64,000 bases of DNA from Flavobacterium sp. (GTDB lineage: Bacteria; Bacteroidota; Bacteroidia; Flavobacteriales; Flavobacteriaceae): positions 3,554 through 67,553 of the forward strand of contig NZ_PNJW01000006.1 of NCBI RefSeq assembly GCF_013822155.1, in the 5' to 3' direction. Both the position numbers and the translations under genes were made by a program. The number at the start of each line of letters is the position of its first letter. Positions within the stretch are counted from its first letter, which is position 1. A model generated the notes under the pieces. It did no database searches, was not told where the DNA came from, and worked only from the letters and a program-made list of their open reading frames with translations. This document shows positions 17,106 through 26,330 of this stretch, one piece after another.

Positions 17106-18554
17106 TTTGAGTAAAAAGGGATTAAATCCTTCTGGTAATTCTTCCAGATACATATCATTGCCAAATTTTCTAATCGATTTGCTATCCTTAAAATACACTT
17201 GTTTGTCTTCAGTAAATGGTTGTCCCATTCGTCCGTTATCTAAAATGTAATTGATGGCTGTATTGAAAAGTGGCTCATTTTGATCACCTATCACACCTAA
17301 ATTAGCTAAATTCTCTGCTTGTTCAATGGTAGGTTCTAACCCATTGACATAATCACCAAAACCGTTTTTATCGGTTATTCTCAACACTATTGGTTGCATA
17401 GCATATTTATGATTGGGATTTTTATCTTCTTTCCCAAAGGTTGGCGAGTCATACAATGAAACAGAACCAACGTTTTTTCCAACTGTTGTTGTTCCGATTT
17501 GAACTACATTGATATAAGGTTTTAAACCATTAATAACTAATTCACTAGCAGAAGCAGTACTCCCTGAACTGATAATGTAAACTTTGGTTAAATTTAAACT
17601 ATTGATTAAATTACCGTTATTAATAACATCTGTAAAACGATTCACCAAAGCACTGGGATTGGTGTCATTATAATAGGCTTCCACTTTTGCATTCCATTGT
17701 TGTTTGGCAAAAATTTCAGCGTTAAACTGTCCGGTTATCATACTCGCTAATCGAGTTGCTGTATCGACTGAGCCTCCGGAATTATAGCGTAAATCAAGCA
17801 CTAAATGGGTGATACCTTGCGATTTCAACTGACCAAAAGCCTGATTCAATTGATTTTCAAAACCGGAATAAAAACCGTTATACATTAAATAGCCGATTTT
17901 TTTATCCTCTATTTCCACCACATTGATTTGAAAAACAGGATTCTCTGTATAAGCAGATTTTGATAATTCAACGGATTCTCCATTAGGCGTAATATTTCCC
18001 GCATTATAATCGGCTAAATTTAAAGTATAAGCCTCTAAATTCAGTAAATCACGATAATTATTACTCGTTAATGGCGTTCCGTTAACAGCATAAAAAATAT
18101 CACCGCGTTGTATATTTTTAGCAGAAGCATCGGAATTGGGTAAAATATACCGTACCCATCCGTAAATTTCTGTCGTACTCCCAGTTTTGTATCGCAAACC
18201 ATAATCAACCCCATTACTTTTTGCAGTTCCTTGCAAAAGTCCTTCTAAAACTGAATAATCATTAAAAATCACACTAAACCGATCGGTAGTTCTGGCTACT
18301 AATAAATCTTCAAACAGCAATTCAGGAGTTTCGTATCCTTCCAAAAAAACATTCAAATCACTCTGCATAGCAAAACGATTATCGGCTAAATTTGGCTCAT
18401 CGGCTTGCCATAAATAATATAAATTGAGTCCTTTCCAAATAAAATCGTTAACTTCCAATGAAGAAGGCACAAGGTTATCATCATAATCTTCGCAGGATTG
18501 AAAAACCAAAAAGGCAATGAAAATGCCCAAAGAAAATTTAAAAATAAATTTCAT
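17103..18554 (-). CDS. S41-family (C-terminal processing/tail-specific type) serine peptidase lipoprotein
   Basis: Lipobox 'FQSCEDYDD'. 'LDLRYNSGG' and 'SGSTASASELVINGLK' match the S41 catalytic region. Confidence 0.75.
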   Translation of the reverse strand: MKFIFKFSLGIFIAFLVFQSCEDYDDNLVPSSLEVNDFIWKGLNLYYLWQADEPNLADNRFAMQSDLNVFLEGYETPELLFEDLLVARTTDRFSVIFNDYSVLEGLLQGTAKSNGVDYGLRYKTGSTTEIYGWVRYILPNSDASAKNIQRGDIFYAVNGTPLTSNNYRDLLNLEAYTLNLADYNAGNITPNGESVELSKSAYTENPVFQINVVEIEDKKIGYLMYNGFYSGFENQLNQAFGQLKSQGITHLVLDLRYNSGGSVDTATRLASMITGQFNAEIFAKQQWNAKVEAYYNDTNPSALVNRFTDVINNGNLINSLNLTKVYIISSGSTASASELVINGLKPYINVVQIGTTTVGKNVGSVSLYDSPTFGKEDKNPNHKYAMQPIVLRITDKNGFGDYVNGLEPTIEQAENLANLGVIGDQNEPLFNTAINYILDNGRMGQPFTEDKQVYFKDSKSIRKFGNDMYLEELPEGFNPFLLK

Positions 18555-18614
18555 AGCGTTTATTTATTTTAAGAACGTAAATTTAATAACTTTAGTTTTA
18601 TAATTAATTTATTT

Positions 18615-18639
18615 GTAACAAATAAGACCTTCATTCGTC
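18615..18639 (+). promoter_or_regulatory. Candidate ECF-type (autoregulated) promoter: GTAAC-N16-CGTC
   Basis: GTAAC at 18615-18619, 16-nt spacer, CGTC at 18636-18639, about 33 nt upstream of the sigma-factor ATG. Confidence 0.4.
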
Positions 18640-18672
18640 TTGCTTATATAACCAACCTTTAAAACCTGATAG

Positions 18673-19182
18673 ATGAATCAAAATGAGTTTATACACCTCA
18701 TTGAACCATTCAAAGACAAAGTCTTTCGGTTAGCCAAGCGATTGCTGGTAAGTAGTGAGGAAGCTCAAGATGCTACTCAGGATATTTTGGTAAAGTTATG
18801 GGATAAGAAAAATGGATTAGGGCAATATAACAATGTAGAAGCATTGGCGATGACAATGACTAAAAATTATTGTTTAGACCAATTGAAGTCGAAAAGAGCT
18901 TCAAACCTGAAAATTGTACACACCAATTTTACAGACAGAGAAGCAGGCTTAGACCAAAAAATGGAAGACCAAGACAGCTGGAGTTGGGTTGAAAAAATAA
19001 TTAATGATCTTCCGGAACAACAAAAGTTAATCATACAAATGCGAGATATCGAACAATATGATTTCGAAGAAATTGCAAAAATGCTGGACATGAATGAAAC
19101 AGCTATTCGAGTTGCTTTATCAAGAGCACGAAAAACAATTAGAGAAAAAATGACTAAAACCCATCAATATGGAATTAGCTAG
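18673..19182 (+). CDS. ECF (group 4) RNA polymerase sigma-70 factor
   Basis: Region 2 ('AQDATQDILVKLW') and region 4 HTH ('Y.FEEIAKMLDMNETAIRVALSRARKTIRE'). 169 aa. Confidence 0.85.
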   Translation: MNQNEFIHLIEPFKDKVFRLAKRLLVSSEEAQDATQDILVKLWDKKNGLGQYNNVEALAMTMTKNYCLDQLKSKRASNLKIVHTNFTDREAGLDQKMEDQDSWSWVEKIINDLPEQQKLIIQMRDIEQYDFEEIAKMLDMNETAIRVALSRARKTIREKMTKTHQYGIS

Positions 19183-19627
19183 AATAGAAGAATTAATAGA
19201 AAAATACTTTCAAGGAGAAACAACACTTGCAGAAGAAAAACAGTTGAAACAGTACTTTTCAACTGAAACAGTAGCCGCTCATTTAGAGCATTACAAACCG
19301 TTGTTTAATTATCTTACTGTCAATGAGAAGGAACAATTCAATATAGAAGTTTCCTTACCTACAAAAAAAAGGTTTTCGGCAGCCTGGATAGCAATTGCGG
19401 CAAGTTTAGTTTTCTTTGGCGGGCTTTTTGCTTATCTGAATTACAAACCCTCTCCCGCACCTGCTCAAGTGGCTTCTAATTTAGGAAGTTTTGACAGTCC
19501 GGAAGAAGCCTTTGAAGAGACACAAAAGGCTTTGGCTTTGCTTTCAGAAAATGTAAACGAGGGCGTTGAAAGTATTGCCTATTTAAATGAATATGAAAAA
19601 TCAAAACAACTAATATTTAAAAAATAA
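19169..19627 (+). CDS. Putative single-pass anti-sigma factor (non-ZAS)
   Basis: Overlaps the sigma gene by 14 nt. Short cytoplasmic helix bundle, one TM ('AAWIAIAASLVFFGGLFAYL') and a small periplasmic tail. No HxxxCxxC. Confidence 0.5.
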   Translation: MELARIEELIEKYFQGETTLAEEKQLKQYFSTETVAAHLEHYKPLFNYLTVNEKEQFNIEVSLPTKKRFSAAWIAIAASLVFFGGLFAYLNYKPSPAPAQVASNLGSFDSPEEAFEETQKALALLSENVNEGVESIAYLNEYEKSKQLIFKK

Positions 19628-19632
19628 AAAAA

Positions 19633-20166
19633 ATGATAAAATTTGTAACAACCTTAGTCGTATTTTTAGTTTCAACCATCATGTTTGGTCAATCTGTTTT
19701 TGACAAATTTGACGGTCAGGAAGAAGTTAGTACCATCATTGTAAACAAAAAAATGTTTGAAATGATGAGCAAAGTAAAAATGGATCCTGCTGATAAAGAA
19801 GCTCAACAATATTTGAATCTGATTAAAAAATTAGACAATTTAAAAGTATTTGTCACGTCCAATTCAAAAATAACTGCTGAAATGCGTACGACTGCTGATA
19901 AATATTTAAAAACAGCCGGATTAGAGGAATTAATGCGGGTTTCGGATGGCGGCAAAAATGTTAGGATATATATGAAATCCGGTGCAAAAGACACTGAAGT
20001 ACGTGAATTATTTATGTTTATGGAAGGTGGCCCGAAAGATAAAGAAACCGTTTTATTATCGCTGACCGGAAATTTTGATTTAAATGAAATATCCGCTTTA
20101 ACCGAAAAAATGAATCTTCCCGGTGGTGATGATTTGAAAAAAGCTTCAACCAAAGGAAAAAAATAA
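19633..20166 (+). CDS. DUF4252-family secreted protein
   Basis: Signal peptide, ~175 aa. Pattern 'VSTIIVNKKMFEMM...', '...NLKVFVT', 'VRIYMK', 'LSLTGNFDLNEISAL' is typical of DUF4252. Confidence 0.6.
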   Translation: MIKFVTTLVVFLVSTIMFGQSVFDKFDGQEEVSTIIVNKKMFEMMSKVKMDPADKEAQQYLNLIKKLDNLKVFVTSNSKITAEMRTTADKYLKTAGLEELMRVSDGGKNVRIYMKSGAKDTEVRELFMFMEGGPKDKETVLLSLTGNFDLNEISALTEKMNLPGGDDLKKASTKGKK

Positions 20167-20174
20167 TTAATTCA

Positions 20175-20210
20175 AGACTTTGTCAAATCAATTTTTGACA
20201 AAGTCTTTTT
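20175..20210 (+). terminator. Strong rho-independent terminator ending the sigma/anti-sigma/DUF4252 operon
   Basis: 14-bp perfect stem: aagactttgtcaaa (20175-20188) pairs with tttgacaaagtctt (20194-20207), followed by a T run. Confidence 0.7.
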
Positions 20211-20266
20211 ATTTATAATTCTGGATTGTCTCCAACCGTGTTGTTCCCACCTTACCTATCATTTAA

Positions 20267-21481
20267 ATGAGAAAAGTATTTTTGTTCTTTTTTGGTTTGT
20301 CTCTTTTTACAGTAAATGCTCAATCAACTGTTTTTGAAGGCAAAATAATGGATAATGCCACCAAAGAATCCATTCCGTTTGCAAATATTATTGCCTTACA
20401 AACTGCCCAAGGAGTCATTTCAAATGAAGACGGTGTCTTTAAATTTTACATTCCAAAAAATGTAACGACGATTGAAATTAGTTCGTTAGGCTATCAATCT
20501 AAGAAATTTGAAGTGGCAAAAATTGATTCCACTTTTACTACCGTATTTCTAGAAATAGACGAAATTGCTTTGGAAGAAGTAATTGTGACCAACAAACCGG
20601 TTGCTACAATTTTATCCGGCATCATTAGTCATTCTAAAACAGTATTAGACAAAAGTGTAAAATTGGAAACCTATTATCGTGAATTTGTAAAAATCAACAA
20701 TAAGTATTCAAAATTTGCCGACGGATTAATTGATTTTTATTTACAACCTAAAAAGAAAGATAAACTGGAAGCAAAACTTATTGTGAATCAAAGTAGGGCT
20801 TATCAACTAATTGGTGCTGATGAAATCGATAAAAAAGGAAAAGCAGATTTAGAAGAAATGGATTCCTTTTTTGATATTCAAAAAGCAGCAAATGGATTTT
20901 TTAGTTATGATTATATTGAAAAAAGTATCTTAAGTGAAAAAAACGAACCAAATTATGACTTTGAACTCCGTTCAAAAAAAGACCAATACGGAAATGCTAT
21001 TGAAGTAATTTATATAATTCCTAAACCTAATGTAGAAGAAGTTTTATTAGAAGGCAAAATCACGTACGACCCTGTTAACCGTATTGTGCTGGATATAGAT
21101 ATAAAAATGTCGGAAAAACACAAAAAAAATGTTGAAATAACCAATATGTTATTGTTTAAATATGCTTTTTATGACATCCAGATTAAACAGTCCTATAAAT
21201 ATGTAAACGGAAAATATATTCCAAGTTATAAAAAAACACTATTGGATGTTTATATAAAATTTGGTGGTCAAATGAATGACCGACTGATGTCTATCAGTGA
21301 TTTAATGGTGACAAATTTTGATGATACCATTACCGTTATTCCGGACAAAAATACTGCTTTTAAAGAGCGAAGTTTATATCCGAATGGGATGAATTACAAG
21401 GAAAATTTTTGGGAAACAAACAATGCGATGCCTCTTTCTGAAAATGAAGAACGAATTTTAAAAACATTAAAAAATAATTAA
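20267..21481 (+). CDS. Carboxypeptidase-regulatory-like (CarboxypepD_reg) domain protein
   Basis: Signal peptide, then 'FEGKIMDNATKESIPFANI......NEDGVFKF......IEISSLGYQSKKFEV'. The remaining ~300 aa are unassigned. Confidence 0.6.
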   Translation: MRKVFLFFFGLSLFTVNAQSTVFEGKIMDNATKESIPFANIIALQTAQGVISNEDGVFKFYIPKNVTTIEISSLGYQSKKFEVAKIDSTFTTVFLEIDEIALEEVIVTNKPVATILSGIISHSKTVLDKSVKLETYYREFVKINNKYSKFADGLIDFYLQPKKKDKLEAKLIVNQSRAYQLIGADEIDKKGKADLEEMDSFFDIQKAANGFFSYDYIEKSILSEKNEPNYDFELRSKKDQYGNAIEVIYIIPKPNVEEVLLEGKITYDPVNRIVLDIDIKMSEKHKKNVEITNMLLFKYAFYDIQIKQSYKYVNGKYIPSYKKTLLDVYIKFGGQMNDRLMSISDLMVTNFDDTITVIPDKNTAFKERSLYPNGMNYKENFWETNNAMPLSENEERILKTLKNN

Positions 21482-22015
21482 ATGAAAAAAATAATAGCTT
21501 CACTTATGCTAGTCAGTTTGATAGCTTGTGACCAGAATCCATCTTTACAAAAGTATTTCGTAGAGAACACCGAATCCAGTGATTTTATTTCCGTGGATGT
21601 TTCTCCCAGTATTTTAAATATAAAACCGGATGCATTGACTGCTGAACAACAAGAAGCCTTAAAAACGTTCAAAAAAATGAATGTTTTAGCATTTAAAGCA
21701 AATGAACAAAACAAAGTAAAATTTGATACGGAACGAACTAAAGTAACCGAAATTTTAAAAGATGAAAAGTACCAACAATTAATGAAATTTGGCTCCGGAA
21801 AAGAAGGTGCTGCTGTTTATTTTGTTGGAAAAGATGATGCCATCGAAGAATTTGTTTTATACGGTAATAAAAATGAAAACGGATTTGCCGTTGTTAGGAT
21901 ATTAGGAGATAAAATGAATCCGGAAGATTTTATGACTTTATTTTCTGCTCTTCAAAAATCAGATATTGGGATGGAACAATTAAAACCCTTAGAAGATTTA
22001 TTCAAAAATAATTAA
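21482..22015 (+). CDS. DUF4252-family lipoprotein (second copy)
   Basis: ATG directly follows the previous stop. Lipobox 'SLIACDQN'. Same size and segment order as the first DUF4252 protein. Confidence 0.55.
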   Translation: MKKIIASLMLVSLIACDQNPSLQKYFVENTESSDFISVDVSPSILNIKPDALTAEQQEALKTFKKMNVLAFKANEQNKVKFDTERTKVTEILKDEKYQQLMKFGSGKEGAAVYFVGKDDAIEEFVLYGNKNENGFAVVRILGDKMNPEDFMTLFSALQKSDIGMEQLKPLEDLFKNN

Positions 22016-22035
22016 AAATTTAAACTTTTAGAAAA

Positions 22036-22065
22036 ACAAAAAATCCCGATTGCTCGGGATTTTTC
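22036..22065. terminator. Bidirectional terminator (DUF4252 operon / rpmE2)
   Basis: aaatcccga (22041-22049) pairs with tcgggattt (22054-22062), flanked by A and T runs. Confidence 0.65.
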
Positions 22066-22086
22066 TTATAAAATTTGAGGCAAAAA

Positions 22087-22338
22087 TTACTTTGCTCTGT
22101 TGGCATATTTGTTTTTGAATTTATCAATACGACCTGCAGTATCAATAAGTTTAGATTTACCGGTATAAAATGGGTGAGATGTTCTAGAAATCTCCATTTT
22201 AAACACAGGATATTCAACTCCTTCGTGTGTGATTGTTTCTTTCGTTTCTACAGTTGACTTAGTAATAAATACATCTTCATTCGACATGTCTTTGAAGGCA
22301 ACTAATCTGTAATTTTCTGGGTGAATTCCTTTTTTCAT
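22087..22338 (-). CDS. rpmE2: 50S ribosomal protein L31, type B (Cys-less)
   Basis: '[10 protein letters not shown]...HPFYTGK' L31 signature. No CxxC zinc motif. Start trimmed from the 109-aa ORF in the track to the conserved MKKGIHP. Confidence 0.9.
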   Translation of the reverse strand: MKKGIHPENYRLVAFKDMSNEDVFITKSTVETKETITHEGVEYPVFKMEISRTSHPFYTGKSKLIDTAGRIDKFKNKYANRAK

Positions 22339-22454
22339 TTTGTGTAAATCTTTTTCTATTAATGGCTGTATGCCGTTCCGAAGCTTTTCTTCAACGAAAA
22401 GGTGTAAATAACACACAACTTTTTGTTTATAATCTTTTACTTTTTTTAAGTGTG

Positions 22455-22462
22455 CAAATTTA
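22455..22462 (-). promoter_or_regulatory. Candidate -7 box (TAAATTTG) for rpmE2
   Basis: Plus strand reads caaattta, about 117 nt upstream of the trimmed rpmE2 start. Confidence 0.3.
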
Positions 22463-22575
22463 CAACTATTTTTTAATAATCAAATGTTTAATTACTTTTT
22501 TTTGAAGTCTTTTAAATCTTGATTTTCTGAACCATAATTGGAATATTGTTATATTTGTACTTTAAAATAAACAAT

Positions 22576-23106
22576 ATGGAAAATAGTATCAAAAAGAACG
22601 GTTTTACTTTAGGCATTATAATGGGTGTAATTTTAGTATTAATTACCACAACCATGTATGTTGTCGATTTATCATTATTCACAAATTGGTGGGTTGGAAT
22701 AGTAAATTTCGTCATCATAATTGGTATTGCCATTTATTGCTCTATTTCCAACAAAAAAGCATTAAAAGGCCAAATGAGCTATAAAGAAGCTTTTTTAAGT
22801 TTCATCTTACCGATTATTGTTGGAATTGCCATTTATGTTTTGTACAACATCATTCTGTTTAATGTAATAGATCCAGATGCTAAAAATGTGTTGACCGAAA
22901 ATGTCATTACCATGACAAAAGAGATGATGGGAAAATTTAATGTACCGGCTGCTGAAATTAATAAGGCTATTGCCGATATTGAAAGTAAAGATAATTTTGG
23001 TCCTTTATCACAATTCCAATCATACTTTTTCCAAATTGCTTTCTATGCCGTTTTGGGATTACTGGTAGCTCTGATTTTTAAAACGCCAACTTCTGCTAAA
23101 GAATAA
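22576..23106 (+). CDS. DUF4199-family inner-membrane protein
   Basis: Four predicted TM helices, ~176 aa. Start trimmed to 'MENSIKKNG'. Precedes a GT2 gene with overlapping stop and start. Confidence 0.55.
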   Translation: MENSIKKNGFTLGIIMGVILVLITTTMYVVDLSLFTNWWVGIVNFVIIIGIAIYCSISNKKALKGQMSYKEAFLSFILPIIVGIAIYVLYNIILFNVIDPDAKNVLTENVITMTKEMMGKFNVPAAEINKAIADIESKDNFGPLSQFQSYFFQIAFYAVLGLLVALIFKTPTSAKE

Positions 23107-24065
23107 TGAATTTATCCATAGTTATTCCTCTTTTAAATGAAGAAGATTCACTTCGTGAGCTTCATGATTGGGTCGTTTCCGTAATGAATAAAAGTAATTT
23201 TACTTACGAAATTATTTTTATTGATGACGGAAGTACGGATAATTCATGGCAAGTTATCGAATCTTTATCCAACGAAAATTCAAATGTAAAAGCAATTCGG
23301 TTTCTCAAAAATTTTGGAAAATCACAAGCTCTTCATGCAGGGTTTGACAGAGCCCAAGGGGATGTAGTAATAACGATGGATGCTGACTTGCAAGATAATC
23401 CGGAAGAGATTCCCGAATTATATGAACTCATTACTTCCCAAAATTTTGATTTAGTTTCAGGCTGGAAAAAAAAGCGATATGATTCAGTTATGTCTAAAAA
23501 TTTACCTTCAAAATTATTCAATTGGGCAGCCCGAAAAACATCCGGAGTTCAACTGAATGATTTTAATTGTGGATTAAAAGCTTACAAAAATAAGGTCATC
23601 AAAAACATAGAAGTCTCCGGTGAAATGCACCGCTATATTCCCGTTTTAGCCAAAAATGCCGGTTTTTCAAAAATTGGTGAAAAAGTAGTGAAACATCAAG
23701 CACGAAAATATGGCGAAACAAAATTTGGCATGGAGCGATTCATCAACGGCTTTTTAGACTTAATTACCATTTGGTTTTTGTCGCGTTTTGGAAAAAGACC
23801 CATGCATCTTTTCGGAGCTTGGGGTGTTTTGATGTTTTTGATAGGTTTCACTGCGACAGGTTATATTGGAATCTCAAAACTGTATAGGCTTTATAATGAT
23901 TTACCATACGATTTAGTCACCAATAGTCCCTACTTTTACATTGCCTTAACGACGATGATAATTGGTTCTCAATTATTTTTAGCCGGTTTTTTAGGAGAAA
24001 TAATCCTAAGAAATAAAGAATCAAATGAAAATTATAAAATTTCAAACGAATTAAATATGAACTAA
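23106..24065 (+). CDS. Family-2 glycosyltransferase (polyprenyl-phosphate sugar synthase, GtrB/DPM1-like)
   Basis: 'LSIVIPLLNEE', 'IFIDDGSTD', 'MDADLQD' (DxD) motifs and two C-terminal TM helices. Confidence 0.85.
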   Translation: MNLSIVIPLLNEEDSLRELHDWVVSVMNKSNFTYEIIFIDDGSTDNSWQVIESLSNENSNVKAIRFLKNFGKSQALHAGFDRAQGDVVITMDADLQDNPEEIPELYELITSQNFDLVSGWKKKRYDSVMSKNLPSKLFNWAARKTSGVQLNDFNCGLKAYKNKVIKNIEVSGEMHRYIPVLAKNAGFSKIGEKVVKHQARKYGETKFGMERFINGFLDLITIWFLSRFGKRPMHLFGAWGVLMFLIGFTATGYIGISKLYRLYNDLPYDLVTNSPYFYIALTTMIIGSQLFLAGFLGEIILRNKESNENYKISNELNMN

Positions 24066-24103
24066 AAACTAAAAGCCATTTAAAATTTATAAACGCCAAA
24101 ATC

Positions 24104-24598
24104 ATGAAATTAGAAATCATCCAACAACAAATCATTGAATTAAGAGGTCAAAAAGTTATGCTCGATTTTCATTTAGCCGAATTATATGAAATCGAAACAA
24201 GAACTTTAAAACAAGCCGTCAGAAGAAATATCAATAGATTTCCTGTCGATTTTATGTTTGAACTCAATGAAAGTGAAATAGAACATTTGGTGTCACAATT
24301 TGTGATACCATCAAAAAGTAAATTAGGTGGTGCAAAACCTTTTGCCTTTACAGAACAAGGAGTTGCCATGCTTTCCAGTGTGTTAAATTCGGAAAAAGCA
24401 ATCGCCATAAACATTGCCATTATGAGAACATTTGTTTCACTAAGGCAATTTGCAATGAATTACAAAGAGCTTAAGGATAAAGTCACTGATATTGAAAAGC
24501 AATTTCCTGACATCTATAAAATTTTAAATTATTTAATGGATAAAGAAAAGACAACTACTCCAAAAATCGAAAGAAATAAAATAGGATTTAAAAAATAA
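24104..24598 (+). CDS. ORF6N-domain (KilA-N-related) DNA-binding protein
   Basis: 'IIELRGQKVMLDFHLAELYEIETRTLKQAVRRNINRFPVDFMFEL......KPFAFTEQGVAMLSSVL' matches the ORF6N domain. Coiled C-terminal tail. Confidence 0.7.
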   Translation: MKLEIIQQQIIELRGQKVMLDFHLAELYEIETRTLKQAVRRNINRFPVDFMFELNESEIEHLVSQFVIPSKSKLGGAKPFAFTEQGVAMLSSVLNSEKAIAINIAIMRTFVSLRQFAMNYKELKDKVTDIEKQFPDIYKILNYLMDKEKTTTPKIERNKIGFKK

Positions 24599-24602
24599 GA
24601 AA

Positions 24603-26330
24603 ATGCATATTCCACAAAACATCCTCGACAAAGTAAACGTTTGGTTAACCCCAACATTTGACTTTCAAACACGAGAAGAAATCGAAAAAATGATGACCTC
24701 TTCTCCGAAAGAATTAGAAGAAAGTTTTTATAAAAATCTTGAATTTGGTACCGGCGGAATGCGAGGAATCATGGGCGTTGGAACCAATCGCATCAATAAA
24801 TATACATTGGGGAAAAATACGCAGGGTATTTCAAATTATTTAAAAAAATCATTCCCAAAAGAAGAATTAAAAGTTGTTATTGCCTACGACTGTCGACACA
24901 ATAGTGATACATTAGCGAAAGTTGTTGCCGATGTGTTTTCTGCAAACGGGATTAAAGTGTTCCTTTTTTCTGATATGCGACCAACTCCGGAACTTTCCTT
25001 TGCCTTAAAACACTTAAATTGTCATGCCGGTATTGTATTAACGGCTTCACACAATCCTCCTGAATATAACGGATATAAAGTGTATTGGCAAGATGGCGGA
25101 CAATTAGTACCACCTCAAGATGAAGAAATAATTGAGGTAATTGAAGCATTAGCCTATGATGAAATTAAATTTACTGCAAATGAAAATTTAATTGAATACA
25201 TCGACATTAATGTGGATGAAGCATTCTTCAATTCAACCATCGAAAATGCTAGTTTTAACACCCCAAAAGCAGCAAAAGATAACTTAAAAATTGTCTACAC
25301 TTCACTTCACGGTACATCCATTAAAGCAATTCCTGCTGTTTTAGCTCAAGCCGGTTATACGGATGTTAATATTGTAAAAGAACAAGCCCAACCGGATGGA
25401 AATTTTCCAACAGTAAAGTCTCCAAATCCGGAAGAGCCGGAAGCACTGACCATGGCGTTAGCTTTAGCAGATAATATTAATGCCGACATTGTTATTGGTA
25501 CTGACCCGGATTCTGACCGTTTAGGTGTTGCCGTTCGTGATACAGAGGGTAAAATGAAATTGTTAAATGGAAATCAAACGATGGTCATCATGACGGCCTT
25601 TTTGTTAGAACAATGGAAAAGAGAAGACCGCTTCAAAGGAAATGAATTTATCGGTTCAACCATAGTTTCTACCCCAATGATGTTAGAACTGGCCTCAGCT
25701 TATGGGGTAGAATGTAAAGTGGGCTTAACAGGTTTTAAATGGATTGCCAAATTCATCAAAGATTTTCCTGATCAAAAATTTGTAGGCGGTGGCGAAGAGA
25801 GTTTTGGCTACATGGTAGGCGATGCTGTTCGCGATAAAGATGCTGTGGCTGCTACCCTGCTTGTGTGTGAAATTGCTGCACAAGCAAAATCTGCCGGAAG
25901 CACTTTGTACAAAGAATTACTGAATTTATATGTTGATTTTGGTTTTTATAAAGAATACTTAATTTCCATTACCAAAAAAGGAATTGAAGGAGCGAATGAA
26001 ATTAAACAAATGATGGTTAATTTACGTGAAAATCCTTTAAAAGAAATAAACGGACAACGCGTTGTTTGCATTGAAGATTATGACAATTCCACTGCTCGTA
26101 ATTTAATGACTGAGGAAATAGAACTGTTGGAAATTCCAAAATCTAATGTGCTGATTTATTATTTAGAAGATGGAACAAAAATTTGTGCAAGACCAAGTGG
26201 AACCGAACCAAAAATCAAATTTTATTTCAGTGTAAATAATAGTCTAGATACAATTGAGCTGTTTAAAAATGTAGAAGCAATTTTAGACCAAAAAATTAAA
26301 AACATCATCGCGGAAATGCATTTGAACTAA
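24603..26330 (+). CDS. Phospho-sugar mutase (phosphoglucomutase/phosphomannomutase family)
   Basis: Active-site 'TASHNPPEYNGYK'. Mg-binding 'GTDPDSDR'. 'GGEESFGY' sugar-binding loop. Confidence 0.88.
   Translation: MHIPQNILDKVNVWLTPTFDFQTREEIEKMMTSSPKELEESFYKNLEFGTGGMRGIMGVGTNRINKYTLGKNTQGISNYLKKSFPKEELKVVIAYDCRHNSDTLAKVVADVFSANGIKVFLFSDMRPTPELSFALKHLNCHAGIVLTASHNPPEYNGYKVYWQDGGQLVPPQDEEIIEVIEALAYDEIKFTANENLIEYIDINVDEAFFNSTIENASFNTPKAAKDNLKIVYTSLHGTSIKAIPAVLAQAGYTDVNIVKEQAQPDGNFPTVKSPNPEEPEALTMALALADNINADIVIGTDPDSDRLGVAVRDTEGKMKLLNGNQTMVIMTAFLLEQWKREDRFKGNEFIGSTIVSTPMMLELASAYGVECKVGLTGFKWIAKFIKDFPDQKFVGGGEESFGYMVGDAVRDKDAVAATLLVCEIAAQAKSAGSTLYKELLNLYVDFGFYKEYLISITKKGIEGANEIKQMMVNLRENPLKEINGQRVVCIEDYDNSTARNLMTEEIELLEIPKSNVLIYYLEDGTKICARPSGTEPKIKFYFSVNNSLDTIELFKNVEAILDQKIKNIIAEMHLN

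Noticed and set aside
22339-22416. 26-codon N-terminal extension of L31 (the 109-aa ORF in the track)
   Set aside because: L31 proteins begin at the conserved MKKGIHP. The extension has no homology and probably represents leader sequence that happens to be open.
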